Assembly: GCA_963701855.1 (NCBI GenBank)
Contig: CAVPBK010000006.1
Coordinates: forward strand, 1,056,001 to 1,120,000
From: Nitrospirota bacterium
Lineage (GTDB): Bacteria > Nitrospirota > Nitrospiria > Nitrospirales > Nitrospiraceae
Reading direction: 5' to 3'
DNA length: 64,000 nt
The translations under genes were made by a program, and so were the position numbers. Positions 9,509 to 21,100 of this stretch are shown in pieces; positions within the stretch are counted from its first letter, which is position 1, and the number at the start of each line of letters is the position of its first letter. The notes under the pieces are model-generated. The model ran no database searches. It saw only the letters and a list, made by a program, of their open reading frames with translations, and was not told the DNA's origin.

Positions 9509-10240
9509 CTACATGACAATGCCGCCGCCGGCGTGAATATTCTGGCCCGTCAACCACCGAGCCTCTTCACTGACAACGAACGCGACTACGTCAGCAATAT
9601 CCTTTGGGAGACCAAGCCGCTTCAAGGGCGACATCTGTATGCCGATCTGGCGAAATTGGTCCGTCATCATGCCAGTCTCGGTAAAACCCGGTGAGACCGT
9701 ATTGACGGTAATCCCTCGTGGAGCGAGTTCCTGCGCCAATCCTTTCGTGTACTGTTCCAATGCGCCCTTGCTGCCAAGATAGGCCGTCGCACCAGGAAAA
9801 CTCAAATGGGTTCCATCGGTCGAAATATTCACGATGCGGCCACCATCTTTAAGCACATTGGCCGCTTCCTGCATCGCGAAATAGGGACCTTTGGCGTTCA
9901 AGGCGATGATCTGATCGAAGTCTTCCTCGGTTGTGTCGAGCAGCGCTTTGGGCATAAACCTCCCGGCATTGTTGACGAGGATGTCAAGCCGGCTGAATTG
10001 CTTCACAGTCTCCCTCACAAGACGGCGCGCCTCTGCGACCTGGCTCATGTCGGATTGGACGGCGACGGCCTTCCCACCCTTGGCCTGAATGCCCGTAACA
10101 ACCTGTTGAGCTTTCTCTCCGCTCGTTCCATAATTCACCACCACAATCGCTCCATCTTCGGCCAGTCGTTCTGCAATCGCCCGTCCAATCCCGCTGGAGG
10201 CCCCCGTCACGATCGCAACTTTTCCACTGAGTGACGTCAT
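9509..10240 (-). CDS. Short-chain dehydrogenase/reductase (SDR)
   Basis: TGASSGIG, NNAG and YLGSK (YxxxK) motifs. Confidence 0.92.
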   Translation of the reverse strand: MTSLSGKVAIVTGASSGIGRAIAERLAEDGAIVVVNYGTSGEKAQQVVTGIQAKGGKAVAVQSDMSQVAEARRLVRETVKQFSRLDILVNNAGRFMPKALLDTTEEDFDQIIALNAKGPYFAMQEAANVLKDGGRIVNISTDGTHLSFPGATAYLGSKGALEQYTKGLAQELAPRGITVNTVSPGFTETGMMTDQFRQIGIQMSPLKRLGLPKDIADVVAFVVSEEARWLTGQNIHAGGGIVM

Positions 10241-10339
10241 GATACTTTCTTTACCTTTCCTCTGTATGACTGATGCCCATCTTCGCTTCGTCGCCGAAAC
10301 GTATTGATTCTACCCTTGGAGTGCGACGCGATTCACTCT

Positions 10340-10939
10340 TTATCGGAGAAGGGGCAACGGTTGCTCCCAGGTTGCTGAATACACAAATTCTGTAATTGGT
10401 TTGCGGACTCTTGCTTGAATTTCTCTGGCACGCAGACGATCAGACAACAGGGCAGGATCGCCTGGATAACCGATCGCCATCATGGCCACCGGCTCATAGC
10501 CATCAGGAATCCCACAGTCCGCTCGTGCCTGATCGATTCGAAACCCCGCCATCTGATGGGTCACAAGCCCGAGCGCTGTGGCCTGGATGACGAGATTCTC
10601 TGCCGCCATGCCCGTGTCGTGGAGCGCGTGGCGATTCGCTGAGCCATCCTCGAACTGCAGTTTCGCCACGGACAGCAGCAGCACCGGTGCACGATGCGCC
10701 CATTTCTGATTGCCTTCGACCAGGCAGTTGAACAACCGATCGTACTCAGCCTTGTTCTTGTTCGTGGAGACCAGGAATCGCCAGGGCTGCCCGTTATTCG
10801 ATGAGGGCGCCCATCGTGCCGCTTCGAAAAGGCTCAGAAGCTTATCTGCTTCCACCGGTCGTTCGTCGAACACGCGCGGACTCCATCGCTTTTTCAACAG
10901 CTCGTGAATGGGAAATTGCGTCTGGGCAGGTTTCTCCAT
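10340..10939 (-). CDS. Nitroreductase family protein
   Basis: KRWSPRVF and EAARWAPSSNNGQPWRF motifs. Confidence 0.92.
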   Translation of the reverse strand: MEKPAQTQFPIHELLKKRWSPRVFDERPVEADKLLSLFEAARWAPSSNNGQPWRFLVSTNKNKAEYDRLFNCLVEGNQKWAHRAPVLLLSVAKLQFEDGSANRHALHDTGMAAENLVIQATALGLVTHQMAGFRIDQARADCGIPDGYEPVAMMAIGYPGDPALLSDRLRAREIQARVRKPITEFVYSATWEQPLPLLR

Positions 10940-10977
10940 TGTTCATCCTTTCGACTTCAATCAGAGTTTGTATCGAA

Positions 10978-11311
10978 TCAACTCTTCTGCTGGTCGCGCG
11001 AGGGAGAGCACTGCTCCCTGATAGCGGATTGCTCTGGCGACCAGCCGACACCTAAGGTCTTGTAGAGCTGGATGATGGACACCAGGTAGAGCCGGCGGGT
11101 GCCGCTCGACCACCGTTATTATAACGACGTGCCCACTCCGCCGCGCCTCGAAACGTCCAGCAGGTGAAGGCGATGCCGACAATTTGAATCCCTCCCGCAC
11201 TCACAAGACTGTCCACCGCAAGTGGGTCCAGATCAACCGTCCTGGCTGTTGTGCTGATCCTGATCGCAATGACCGTCGGAGCCCTTGCGGTGCAGCGTTC
11301 CGTCGCCTCAC
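10978..11311. pseudogene. Scar: fragments of paralogous outer-membrane-factor and HlyD genes
   Basis: Minus strand ~11100-10978 encodes TRRLYLVSIIQLYKTLGVGWSP...*, like the OMF C-terminus HRLHLVSIVQLYKALGGGWSP. Positions 11125-11220 are an inverted copy of 16711-16806 (71/96 identical by hand alignment), and similarity continues into an HlyD-like N-terminus. Confidence 0.8.
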
Positions 11312-12480
11312 TCAAACTGTCTCCGGAAACGCCACATGCCGAAGCCGAACAACGCTGCGCCAAGCACCGCCATCGCGAGCACTGCGTCCCACAAGATGCT
11401 CAAGCCAGCCCCCTTCAAAAGAATCCCGTGAGTGATCTCGATGAAATAGCGCAGAGGCGACAGCACCATGAGGCCACGAACCCATGCCGGCATGGCCTCC
11501 ATCGGCGCCATGAGGCCTGACAACAACAACATTGGGGCGACCACAAGCAGCGTCATCATACCCACTTGCGCTTGATTCCTCGCCAGCGTCGCGGCAGCCA
11601 ACCCCATGCCGGCAGTGGTGAAGACGAACAGGGCCGTGAGGCTGAAAAACAACGCGATGCTTCCTTTGATCGGCACCCCGAACACCGGCTGCATGATCCC
11701 GAACAGGCCGACCGCCGTGGCGCAGAGAATCACTACCGTCATCGACAGTACCTTGGGCAACATGATTTGCAACGGCGTCAATGGTGAGACCAATAGTTGC
11801 TCCACCGTGCCCCGCTCTTTCTCCCGAACCAGGGCTGCTGCGGGAAGTAGAATCGCAAAGATTGTAATCTGACGGAGGAGATGTGAGATGGACTCGAACC
11901 AGGCCTCGTTCTGGTCCGGGTTGTACCAGACCCGATAGTCGCTCTCGATCACCGGCAAGTTCTGTGACGACTCCTCTGAACTCCCGACTCGCGCCAGCGC
12001 AGTCTCCTGTCCGAACCGTGCAACGATCCGCGCACCATAGCTCGCGGCGGAAAGACCTTGCGGCGAGTTGGTCGTATCGACGAGCAGTTGCACCGCCGTG
12101 GGCTCCCCCGCCACGAGCTGTTCGTGGAAACGTGGCGGGATCTCCAAGATCGCCATCGCTTTGCCCAGGTCCAGCAGGCGAAGACCTTCTCGAGGATCGG
12201 CGATCTCCCCTTCCAGACGAAAGAAGGGAGCTTGGAAACTGTGAATGAGTTCACGCGACGAGAAGCTGTGGTCGGCGTCGTAAACCGCCAGACTCGCATT
12301 GTGCAGTTGTGACCGGAGGCCATTCCCTGTGATGTAAACCGCCAGCGTGAAGGAGTAAACGAGGAAGACGACGATCGGCACGTCCCGAAACAACTGAAGC
12401 ATCTCCTTTCGGGTCATCACTGCCAAACGACGCCACCAGATGACGGCGCGTTGTGAACTAGGTCCCCGCACAGACTTCAT
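11308..12480 (-). CDS. ABC-2 type exporter permease (YbhR-like)
   Basis: VREKERGTVEQLLVSP and SPLRYFIEI motifs; start overlaps the upstream gene's stop (ATGA). Confidence 0.88.
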   Translation of the reverse strand: MKSVRGPSSQRAVIWWRRLAVMTRKEMLQLFRDVPIVVFLVYSFTLAVYITGNGLRSQLHNASLAVYDADHSFSSRELIHSFQAPFFRLEGEIADPREGLRLLDLGKAMAILEIPPRFHEQLVAGEPTAVQLLVDTTNSPQGLSAASYGARIVARFGQETALARVGSSEESSQNLPVIESDYRVWYNPDQNEAWFESISHLLRQITIFAILLPAAALVREKERGTVEQLLVSPLTPLQIMLPKVLSMTVVILCATAVGLFGIMQPVFGVPIKGSIALFFSLTALFVFTTAGMGLAAATLARNQAQVGMMTLLVVAPMLLLSGLMAPMEAMPAWVRGLMVLSPLRYFIEITHGILLKGAGLSILWDAVLAMAVLGAALFGFGMWRFRRQFE

Positions 12481-13631
12481 GATCGTGGCCTCTTCGTAAA
12501 GAGCCGGTACCCGACGATTCGCAAGACCGCGGCGTACACGGCCAGGGCGAGGACGTCCACCCATAACACCTCAGGACCCACCCCTTTCAAAAACGCTCCG
12601 CGGACAATGTTGGTGTAGTACATGCCTGGAAACAGGTGAGCCTGGATCTGCGAGCCGGGACTCAGGGAGGAGACGGGAACAATCAGGCCGGAGTACAGGA
12701 TTGTCGGGAGGATGCTCACAACCATCGTAATGAGAAGGGCCGCGATCTGGGTACGGACCAGCAGCGACACGAGCAGGCCGATCCCGGTGCTGCTCAGCAC
12801 GAACACGAACGAGGCTGCGAGAAAGAACGGCAGGTTACCTTTAAACGGCACGCCGAACCATAGGGTGGCCATAACCCACAGGACCAGGGCGTTCACCCAG
12901 GAAATCAGCACATAGGGGAGCAGCTTGCCGGCGAGAAATTCGATCCGGGTCACCGTTGAGCTGTATATGTTATAAATGGAGCCGGTCTCTTTCTCTCGGA
13001 CGATCCCCAGCGCCGTCAACAAGGGAGACGAGAGCATCAAGGTAAACATTACAAGCGCCGGCACCATGGACCAGGTACTCCGAACCTCTTCGTTGTAGAG
13101 ATAGCGCACCTCCAGCTTGATGGGCCGTACCCGAACCTCGGCCTGTGGGCGGGAAATTCCACTTCGGCGGGAGAAGAACTCGATGAGCCTCTCTTCGCTG
13201 AAGGCGCTGTTGATGGCGATCACATAACCTTTGGTGATGTCCGTCCGAAGCGGAAACGTTCCATCAATCAGGGTCTGGATGCCGACCGGCTGCCCCGCCA
13301 GCAGGCGCTCCTCGAATTTCTCGGGAACAATGATGGCGGCCCTGATCTTGCCGCTCTGGAGCAAGGCATCGACCTCCCTCTCACTCGTGAGATAGCCCTG
13401 AAAACTGAAATAGCGCGACTCAAAAAAGCGATACAGATAATCACGGCTCAGGGCACTGCGGTCCCGATCCACCACAGCGAATGGGATGTTCTCCACATCC
13501 AGCACAAGCCCGTAGCCGAAGACCAGCATCCAGAGGATCGGCAGGAGGAATGCCAGAAGAAAAAACATCCGGTCCCGAACGGTCTCCCGCCATTCCTTGG
13601 AGGCCACTGCGGCAATTCGGCGCAGATTCAT
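12477..13631 (-). CDS. ABC-2 type exporter permease (YbhS-like)
   Basis: KEWRETVRDR and IVREKETGSI motifs; ATG at 13631 overlaps the ATPase stop. Confidence 0.88.
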   Translation of the reverse strand: MNLRRIAAVASKEWRETVRDRMFFLLAFLLPILWMLVFGYGLVLDVENIPFAVVDRDRSALSRDYLYRFFESRYFSFQGYLTSEREVDALLQSGKIRAAIIVPEKFEERLLAGQPVGIQTLIDGTFPLRTDITKGYVIAINSAFSEERLIEFFSRRSGISRPQAEVRVRPIKLEVRYLYNEEVRSTWSMVPALVMFTLMLSSPLLTALGIVREKETGSIYNIYSSTVTRIEFLAGKLLPYVLISWVNALVLWVMATLWFGVPFKGNLPFFLAASFVFVLSSTGIGLLVSLLVRTQIAALLITMVVSILPTILYSGLIVPVSSLSPGSQIQAHLFPGMYYTNIVRGAFLKGVGPEVLWVDVLALAVYAAVLRIVGYRLFTKRPRS

Positions 13632-15607
13632 ACGCTGTTCCCGGGTCTGGATGTGCGTTCCTGCTTTTCCAGCGCCATCACTTTGTACACGAAGACGTCC
13701 TCGAGACTGAGCGGCCGTGTTGTCACCGACTTGATTGTCACCCCGTTCGTCGCCAGTGTCTGGGAGACGCATTCCGCATCCCGCACCGTGTCACGGCAAA
13801 ACAAATGGATTCTTGTCCCAAAGAGGGCTGCCCCGTGAAAGCCCGCCCGCTGCAAATAGACCAACGCTTTGTCAGGCTGATCGGCAATGACTTCCAAGAG
13901 CTGCCCGGCTTCCTGCTGTACCTGACGCTTCATTTCACCCGGAGAGCCCTCGGTGACTACCCGACCCGCATACATGAGCGCGAGGCGATCGCAATGTTCC
14001 GCTTCGCTCATGTAGTGAGTGGTGATGAGAATTGCCACTCCCTCCTCCCGCGAGAGTTGGGACAAAATATCCCAGAAGTGCCGACGGCCAAGCGGATCCA
14101 CACCGGAGGTCGGCTCGTCCAGGAACAAGACGCGTGGGCGATGAACCAACGCGCAGCCTAGCGCAAGACGCTGGCGCACGCCCATCGGAAGACGGCCAGT
14201 CAGGTTGGACTCGTATCCGGCCAACCCCGCCATGCGAATGATCCACTCGAGCCGTTCACGCGTTTCTTGCTTGTCCAGACCATAGATGCCGGCAAAGAGC
14301 CGAATGTTCTCGACGACCGTGAGGTCGAGATAGAGCGAAAAGGCTTGCGACATGTAGCCGATCCGTTCCTTGATGACACCTCCGGCTTTGCGCATGTCCG
14401 CGCCCGCGACCCAGCCTTCACCCCCCGTCGGCGGGAAGATGCCGGTGAGCATTTTGATCACGGTCGTTTTCCCTGCACCGTTGGCTCCCAACAAGCCGAA
14501 GATCTCTCCTTGTTTGACCTGAAAACTGATTCGGTCGACCGCCCGGAAGGAATTGAAATCGCGGACGAGCTCTTTCGCTTCGATCGCCAGCCCGTCATGG
14601 TTCGCCTTCGTTGAGGAGTGAAGAAACACGCTGCCCGCTTCCTTGAGATGGCCCTCGCGAAGCAAGAGCGCCACGAACACATCTTCGAGATCCGGGTCAC
14701 CCACGCGGACATCGCCCGCCTCGATGTCGCCCAGACCGGCCGAAATGCGTTGCTTTGCCGTGGCGTGCTCTGTTTCTTCCGTGAAGACATGAATGAATGG
14801 CCCCTTGGCCTCGACCTGGGAGAACACCTTCTTGAGTCTGGTCAGTGCTTCGAGCTGAGGCGAGGCCCGGAACGTCACCACGCTGCCCGGCACCAGTGAT
14901 TGCACTTCAGACGGCGTGCCTGAGGTCAGGACACGTCCGTTCGATAAGAACGACAGCCGATGGAAACGCGCCGCTTCATCCATGTAGGCCGTGGACACCA
15001 GTGCGGTCATTCCGCGCTCCTGAACCAGTTCGGTCAGAATGGCCCAGAAGTCTCTACGGGACACCGGATCGACCCCTGTGGTGGGTTCGTCCAAAATCGC
15101 CAGTTCAGGTTCGTGAATCAGCGTGCAAATCAGTCCGAGCTTCTGCTTCATGCCGCCGGAGAGGTGTTTCATGGGACGATCTTGAAAGCGATCGAGGCGG
15201 GTCATGGCCAAGAGTCGGGCTTTGCGGTCAGCAAGGTCGCGTTCGGGCACGAGCCGCAGTCGGGCGAAGAAGTCGACATTTTCCTCAACTGAAAGCTCGG
15301 GATACAGATTGAGGCCGAGCCCTTGGGGCAGAAAGCCGAGGCGGTGCTTGATCTTTTCCGCAGCCGGCTCCGAGTCGACCTTGATCCCGAAGACCTCGAC
15401 CGCTCCGGCCTCGTAGGACAGCACTCCGGCAATCACCTTCATCAGACTGCTTTTGCCGGCCCCATCAGGTCCGATCAAGCCATAAATCTCCCCCTGGCGA
15501 ATCGACAGATCGATGCCTTGGACGGCCTTGTGTTTACGGTACTGCTTCGCCAAGGCAGTGACCCGAACGAGGGGCTGAGTCGTAGTCGTCTCTACTGACA
15601 CGCTCAT
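13628..15607 (-). CDS. ABC exporter ATP-binding protein with two nucleotide-binding domains (YbhF/RbbA-like)
   Basis: Two Walker A motifs (GPDGAGKS, GANGAGKT), LSGGMKQ, and two LDEPT Walker B motifs. Confidence 0.92.
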   Translation of the reverse strand: MSVSVETTTTQPLVRVTALAKQYRKHKAVQGIDLSIRQGEIYGLIGPDGAGKSSLMKVIAGVLSYEAGAVEVFGIKVDSEPAAEKIKHRLGFLPQGLGLNLYPELSVEENVDFFARLRLVPERDLADRKARLLAMTRLDRFQDRPMKHLSGGMKQKLGLICTLIHEPELAILDEPTTGVDPVSRRDFWAILTELVQERGMTALVSTAYMDEAARFHRLSFLSNGRVLTSGTPSEVQSLVPGSVVTFRASPQLEALTRLKKVFSQVEAKGPFIHVFTEETEHATAKQRISAGLGDIEAGDVRVGDPDLEDVFVALLLREGHLKEAGSVFLHSSTKANHDGLAIEAKELVRDFNSFRAVDRISFQVKQGEIFGLLGANGAGKTTVIKMLTGIFPPTGGEGWVAGADMRKAGGVIKERIGYMSQAFSLYLDLTVVENIRLFAGIYGLDKQETRERLEWIIRMAGLAGYESNLTGRLPMGVRQRLALGCALVHRPRVLFLDEPTSGVDPLGRRHFWDILSQLSREEGVAILITTHYMSEAEHCDRLALMYAGRVVTEGSPGEMKRQVQQEAGQLLEVIADQPDKALVYLQRAGFHGAALFGTRIHLFCRDTVRDAECVSQTLATNGVTIKSVTTRPLSLEDVFVYKVMALEKQERTSRPGNSV

Positions 15608-16707
15608 GATCTAGGTTTGACCCACGTCACATCGTCCTGCCAGCGAATGACCGCATCGGAAGGCAGGCCTGGCGTCAGCCGATGATCGGGATTGGCTATC
15701 AGGTACAGTTTCACGACATAAATGAGCTTCACGCGCTCGTCCGGCGTCTGAACCTCTTTCGGCGTGAATTCGGCCTGGGACGCGATGTAACGAACAGTCG
15801 CATCGAACGGCTGATCCGGAAAAGCGTCAGTATAGATGCGGGCCGGCAAGTCGAGCCGCAGCTTTCCAATCTGCACCTCCGGCACGTAGACTTTTAAGTA
15901 CAGGTGATCCAAATCAACCAACTCCAATAAAGGAGCGCCGGCTATCACCACTTCTCCTGTATCCACCATGCGGGTCGTGATCGTGCCACTCGTCGGCGCG
16001 ACAATGGTCAGATCGGCCAGGATACTCTCCGCCTCGGCCAATGCCGCCTCGGCTTGATCCCGCTGGCGCTCCCACGTTACCACCTCGTTTTCCTTGGTTC
16101 GGATACGTTTCCAACCCAGCTCCGTCTGCGCTAACTCCTTGACGGACTGTGTGAGTTTCGATCGGGCGGTAGTGATCTCGCTCTTGGCCACGCTCCATCG
16201 GGCCTCGGCTTGGTCAACCTGCTGTCGCGAGACCGCCTGTTCAGCGATGAGCGGCCGCATCCGTTCCACGTCACGGCGCGCCTCATCCTCCACAGCCCTG
16301 GCCTGGTCGACGGAGGCACGAGCGCTTGAGATGCCTGCATCGGCGGTTTCGATGGCCAGTGGCACTTCAAGATTCAGTACGGCCAAGGACGTGTGAGCGG
16401 CTTGGACCTGGGATTCAAGCGCCTCGAACCCGCGGCGAGCCTGCTCGACGCGGGTCCGAGTCTGCACATCGTCCAAACGGACAAGGACTTGGCCTGCGTG
16501 AACCGTGTCACCTTCTCGCGCGAGCAATTCCTGAACCCGCCCCGGGAACTTACTCGCGATCGTGATGTGGTCTCCCTCGATCCGGCCGTTCGCCTGAATC
16601 AATCCCTCGGGCAGGCCGTGCGAGATGACGAATCGCTGCACGGCATAGATGCCGGCGGCGACTACAATCAAGATAGGCGCGACGATCAAAACGGTTTTCC
16701 TGGACAT
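15604..16707 (-). CDS. HlyD-family membrane fusion protein of the ABC exporter (YbhG/YhiI-like)
   Basis: N-terminal TM, NGRIEG, coiled coil and AEFTPKEVQT motif; start uncertain (16707 or 16722). Confidence 0.88.
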   Translation of the reverse strand: MSRKTVLIVAPILIVVAAGIYAVQRFVISHGLPEGLIQANGRIEGDHITIASKFPGRVQELLAREGDTVHAGQVLVRLDDVQTRTRVEQARRGFEALESQVQAAHTSLAVLNLEVPLAIETADAGISSARASVDQARAVEDEARRDVERMRPLIAEQAVSRQQVDQAEARWSVAKSEITTARSKLTQSVKELAQTELGWKRIRTKENEVVTWERQRDQAEAALAEAESILADLTIVAPTSGTITTRMVDTGEVVIAGAPLLELVDLDHLYLKVYVPEVQIGKLRLDLPARIYTDAFPDQPFDATVRYIASQAEFTPKEVQTPDERVKLIYVVKLYLIANPDHRLTPGLPSDAVIRWQDDVTWVKPRS

Positions 16708-16763
16708 GCCTGCGATGGACAACCTTGTGAGTACCCGAAGGATTCAGATCATTGGCATCGTCT

Positions 16764-18197
16764 TCACTTGCTGGATTGTTCTAGTCTTGGGGATATGGGC
16801 ACGGCGCCATCAGTGGGGGTGGGCGACCAGCCACCGCCTAGGGCCTTGTAGAGTTGCACGATCGACACCAGATGAAGCCGATGGGTATCGGCCAAGGCCA
16901 ATTCCGTCACAAACAGGCTCCGCTGCGCGATGAGGACATCCAAATAGTTTGCCAAGCCGCCCTTGTATCGCAAATTGGCAAGATTCAAGGCCGACCGTAA
17001 GGCATTGACCTGTCTTTCCTGGGCGGCCGCCTGCTCACGGGCCGTGCTGACCCCCACCAACGCGTCTTCAACCTCCCTGAACGCGACGAGAACCGTTTGT
17101 TCATACTGGGCCACAGCCTGTTTGGCTTGGGCTTCGACGGCCTTCTGTTGAAACCCTAACGTTTGGGCATTCAACAAGGGGCCGGTCAGTACCGGGGCGA
17201 GGACTCCGAAACTGGTCGACGGCGACACAAAGTCCGTCAGGTGCGGACTCGCCACACCGAGAAGTCCCGTGAGCGACAGTTTGGGAAATCGTTCAGCTTT
17301 CGCCATCCCGATCCTGGCTGTGGCCGCAACCAATTGTTGCTCCGCCGCCACGACATCCGGTCGGCGTTGGAGCAATTCTGAGGGAAGACCGGCGGGCACC
17401 ACAGGCGGCATGATTTGTTCGGTCAGCGATCGTCCCCTGGCAATTTGACTGGGATTCCTTCCCAGCAGCACGCTGAGCTCGTTTTCTTTCTGAATCATCT
17501 GACGCTTCAGCTCCGCAATGCGAGCCGCGGCATTCTCCCGCTCCGCCTCGAATTGGTCAACATCCAGCTTGTTGATCAGTCCCTGCCGAAGCCGTGCTTG
17601 ACCGATTCTCACCGACTCCTCCCATGCCAGCAACGTGCGCTTGGCGATCTCCAACTGCATGTCGAATTGCCGAAGATCGAAATACGACTGTGCCACGCCA
17701 CCCACAATTTGCAGCGTGACGGCTCGTCGGTTCTCTTCTCGAGCCAAGAGTTCTGCCAGGCCTGCCTCATTTGCCCTGCGGATCCGCCCCCAGATATCCA
17801 TCTCCCAGGACAGAGATCCTTGCATATAATGGGCAAAGGGGCTGGGAAAACCGGGGAAGGTCACGCCGCCCAGGCGAGCGACGGGAAGATTGCCCGTCGC
17901 GCTGAGTTGAGGGGCAAAGTCCATTCGAGCCGTGTACAGGCGGGCCTGGAATTCGTCGATACTGGCGACCGCTCGTTTAAGATCTTTGTTCTCTTCGAGT
18001 GCGATACGGATCAAACGTCGGAGTTCTTCGTCCTGGTAGAGTTCCCACCACGGCATATTCGCCAGAGAAGGCAGATCTTTCGGCTCTTCAGCCATGCGAA
18101 AGGACTCGGAGATGGAAATGTCGGGACGTGAATAGTCGGGTCCCATCGCGCACGCGAACAAGAGCAACGAAAAGACTGCGAGGACGAGGCTGCGCAT
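16764..18197 (-). CDS. Efflux outer membrane factor lipoprotein (NodT/OprM family)
   Basis: Lipobox LFAC, PSELLQRRPDV and LYKALGGGW motifs. Confidence 0.93.
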   Translation of the reverse strand: MRSLVLAVFSLLLFACAMGPDYSRPDISISESFRMAEEPKDLPSLANMPWWELYQDEELRRLIRIALEENKDLKRAVASIDEFQARLYTARMDFAPQLSATGNLPVARLGGVTFPGFPSPFAHYMQGSLSWEMDIWGRIRRANEAGLAELLAREENRRAVTLQIVGGVAQSYFDLRQFDMQLEIAKRTLLAWEESVRIGQARLRQGLINKLDVDQFEAERENAAARIAELKRQMIQKENELSVLLGRNPSQIARGRSLTEQIMPPVVPAGLPSELLQRRPDVVAAEQQLVAATARIGMAKAERFPKLSLTGLLGVASPHLTDFVSPSTSFGVLAPVLTGPLLNAQTLGFQQKAVEAQAKQAVAQYEQTVLVAFREVEDALVGVSTAREQAAAQERQVNALRSALNLANLRYKGGLANYLDVLIAQRSLFVTELALADTHRLHLVSIVQLYKALGGGWSPTPTDGAVPISPRLEQSSK

Positions 18198-18198
18198 A

Positions 18199-21100
18199 TC
18201 ACTCTCCTCCTTCTATCCCTAACGGAATTGAGCTTGTCCCGGGACGAGGACCCGCTTGATCGGCATCGCGCCGACTGAGTTTCCGCACCAGCACAAAAAA
18301 GAACGGCACGAAGTTGATGGCAAGGAACGTGGCAGCCACCATACCACCGAACACGCCGGTGCCAATGGAGTTACGACTCGCTGCGCCCGCGCCGGTGGCG
18401 AGCACTAATGGCACGACGCCCAGAATAAAGGCCATCGAGGTCATCACGATCGGCCGGTACCGGATCTTGGCGGCTTCCATCGCGGCATCGACCAGGGAGT
18501 ATCCGGCTTCGTAGCGTTTGTTCGCGAACTCGACGATCAGAATGGCGTTTTTGGCGGAGAGCCCGATCAGCGTGACCAATCCGATTTGGAAGTAGATATC
18601 GTTGCTCATCCCCATCACCCACACGGCGGACAAGGCTCCAAAAATACCAAAGGGCACGGCGAGGAGCACGGCAAACGGTACGGCCCAACTCTCATACTGC
18701 GCGGCCAGCACAAGAAACACCATCAGCAAGCCGAAGCCAAAGGCAAGCAATGATTGCTGCCCGACCATGCGTTCCTGGTAGGAGATCCCGCTCCAGTCGA
18801 TCCCATATCCTTGGGGAACCAGCACTTCCTTGGCCACCTGATCCAACGCATCGAGCACCTGTCCAGAACTGTATCCCGGAGCCGCCGCTCCCAAGACCAG
18901 GGCCGTGTTATAGCCGTTGAAATGGGTGACTGGATCCGGTCCACTCGTGAATTCCGTCGTCACCACGGTATCGAGTGGAATCATCGTGGATCTCTGTCCA
19001 GTCACGGCGCGCACGTAGATCTTGGCGACATCCTCTGGCGAGGATCGGAATTGTGCCTCGGCTTCCGTCTGCACCCGATAGACACGGCCGAATTTGAGGA
19101 AGTCATTAATGTAGAGATTGCCGAAATAGGCCTGCAGTGTGTCGAATACTTCGGAGATCGGCACACCCAGCGATTTGGCTCGTTCTCGATCCACATGGGC
19201 AAAGATTCGTGGGGCGCTCACGCGAAAACTGGAGCCGACCGCTCCGATCGCCGGGTGCTGTCTGGCCTTGACGAGAAACTCTTGGGTCACGCCGGCAAAC
19301 TTGTTGAAGTCCCCGCTGCTGGGATCTTGAAGCTGGAGGGAAAATCCGCCTGTGGCGCCGAGTCCTCGGATCGATGGGGCGTTAAAGGCCAAGATCAGCG
19401 CCTCAGGGATTTTTGCGAATTCTCCATACGCGGCGCCGATTAGGGCCTTCACGTGGTTCCGCGGTCCCTCTCGTTCGTCCCAGTGATGCAAGGGCAGAAA
19501 CATCGTCGCTGCGTTCGGCCCTCTGGTGCCGAAGACGAAGTTCTGGCCGGACAACGCATCGGTCGAATGGATCGCGGGAACCGAGAGAAAGTAGTTTTCA
19601 ATTTTACTCAGCACCGCATCGGTTCGTTGCTTCGATGCCCCATCCGGCAACTGGACGATCGTGATGAAGTAGCCCTGGTCTTCTTCCGGCAAGAAGCTGA
19701 AGGGAATCGTCTTAAACAGCCCGGCGGCGAAGAGGCCGATAATGCCAAAGAGCACCAATGATAAGACCGAGCGGTTGAGGAGCGTCCCCACGACGGCTGT
19801 ATAGCGAGCCTGCGTCCAACCGAATAATCGATTGAAGACACCGAAAAAGCCTCCACGCTGGCTGTGGCCTGGCTTCAGCACCAGGGAGCAGAGGGCTGGG
19901 CTGAGCGTGAGGGCGGTGATCCCGGAGATGATGACGGAGATGGCGATGGTGATGGCAAATTGCTTATAGAGCTCACCGGTAATCCCGCCCAAGAAAGCCA
20001 CCGGCACGAATACGGCGCAGAGTACCAGTACGATCGCGATCACTGGTCCACTGACCTCATCCATCGCCTTCTTGGCGGCATCCTTTGGCGAGAGACCCTC
20101 TCTGATGTGGCGCTCGACGTTCTCCACCACCACGATGGCGTCATCGACTACCATCCCGATGGCAAGGACCATCCCAAAGAGGGTGAGGGTGTTGATCGAA
20201 AATCCGAGTGCCTGCATGCCGGCAAAGGTACCGATGAGGGACACCGGCACGGCCACGCCCGGGATTAGCGTTGCGCGCCAACTTTGGAGAAACAGATACA
20301 CGACGAGGATGACCAGCACCATGGCTTGCGCCAGAGTTTTGACCACTTCTTTGATCGACACTTCGATAAATTTGGTCGTGTCGTACGGGATATCGTACGA
20401 GACCCCGTGGGGAAAACTCTTCGAGACCGTGTCCATTTCCTTCCTGACTCGCTTCACCGTGTCGAGGGCATTGGCACCCGGCGACAAGAAGGTCAAGAGA
20501 AACACGTTGGGTTTGCCGTTCCACCGGCCCTCGAGACTATAGGATTGAGCGCCCAGCTCGATCTTCGCGACATCTTTTAAGCGGATCATCGACCCGTCGG
20601 GGAGCGCCCTCACGATCATCTCCTCGAAATCCTTCACGTCCGTGAGACGGCCTTGTGTGATCACCGGGATCGTCAGTTCGGTACCCTTCGGCGCCGGTTC
20701 CCGCCCGATTGTCCCGGCAGGAAAGTCCCGATTTTGTTCGCGGACAACATTGGCAATGTCGGTCGGCGTGAGGCTGAGTTGCGCCATCCTGGTCGGGTTC
20801 AGGATCAGGCGCATCGAATAATTTTGCCCGCCAAAGACCACGGCGTCTCCGACGCCACGTATTCGTTTGAGATTATCGATGACGTTGAGGAGCGCATAGT
20901 TGGAGACGAAGACCGTATCTTTCGTGGGGTCGCTGGAACTGAGCGCCACGACCGCCAGCAGGTCCGGCGACACTTTCTTGACCGAAATGCCTTGACGGAC
21001 AACTTCGGGCGGCAACTGGGGCTCCGCCAGCTTCTGGCGGTTCTGAGTCTGTACCTGCGCGATGTCCACGTTCGTCCCGATCTCGAACGTGAGCTTGATG

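Noticed and set aside
10961..11520. ORFs 10961-11200, 11052-11363 and 11251-11520 as genes
   Set aside because: The region is explained by OMF and HlyD remnants and by overlap with the permease gene.
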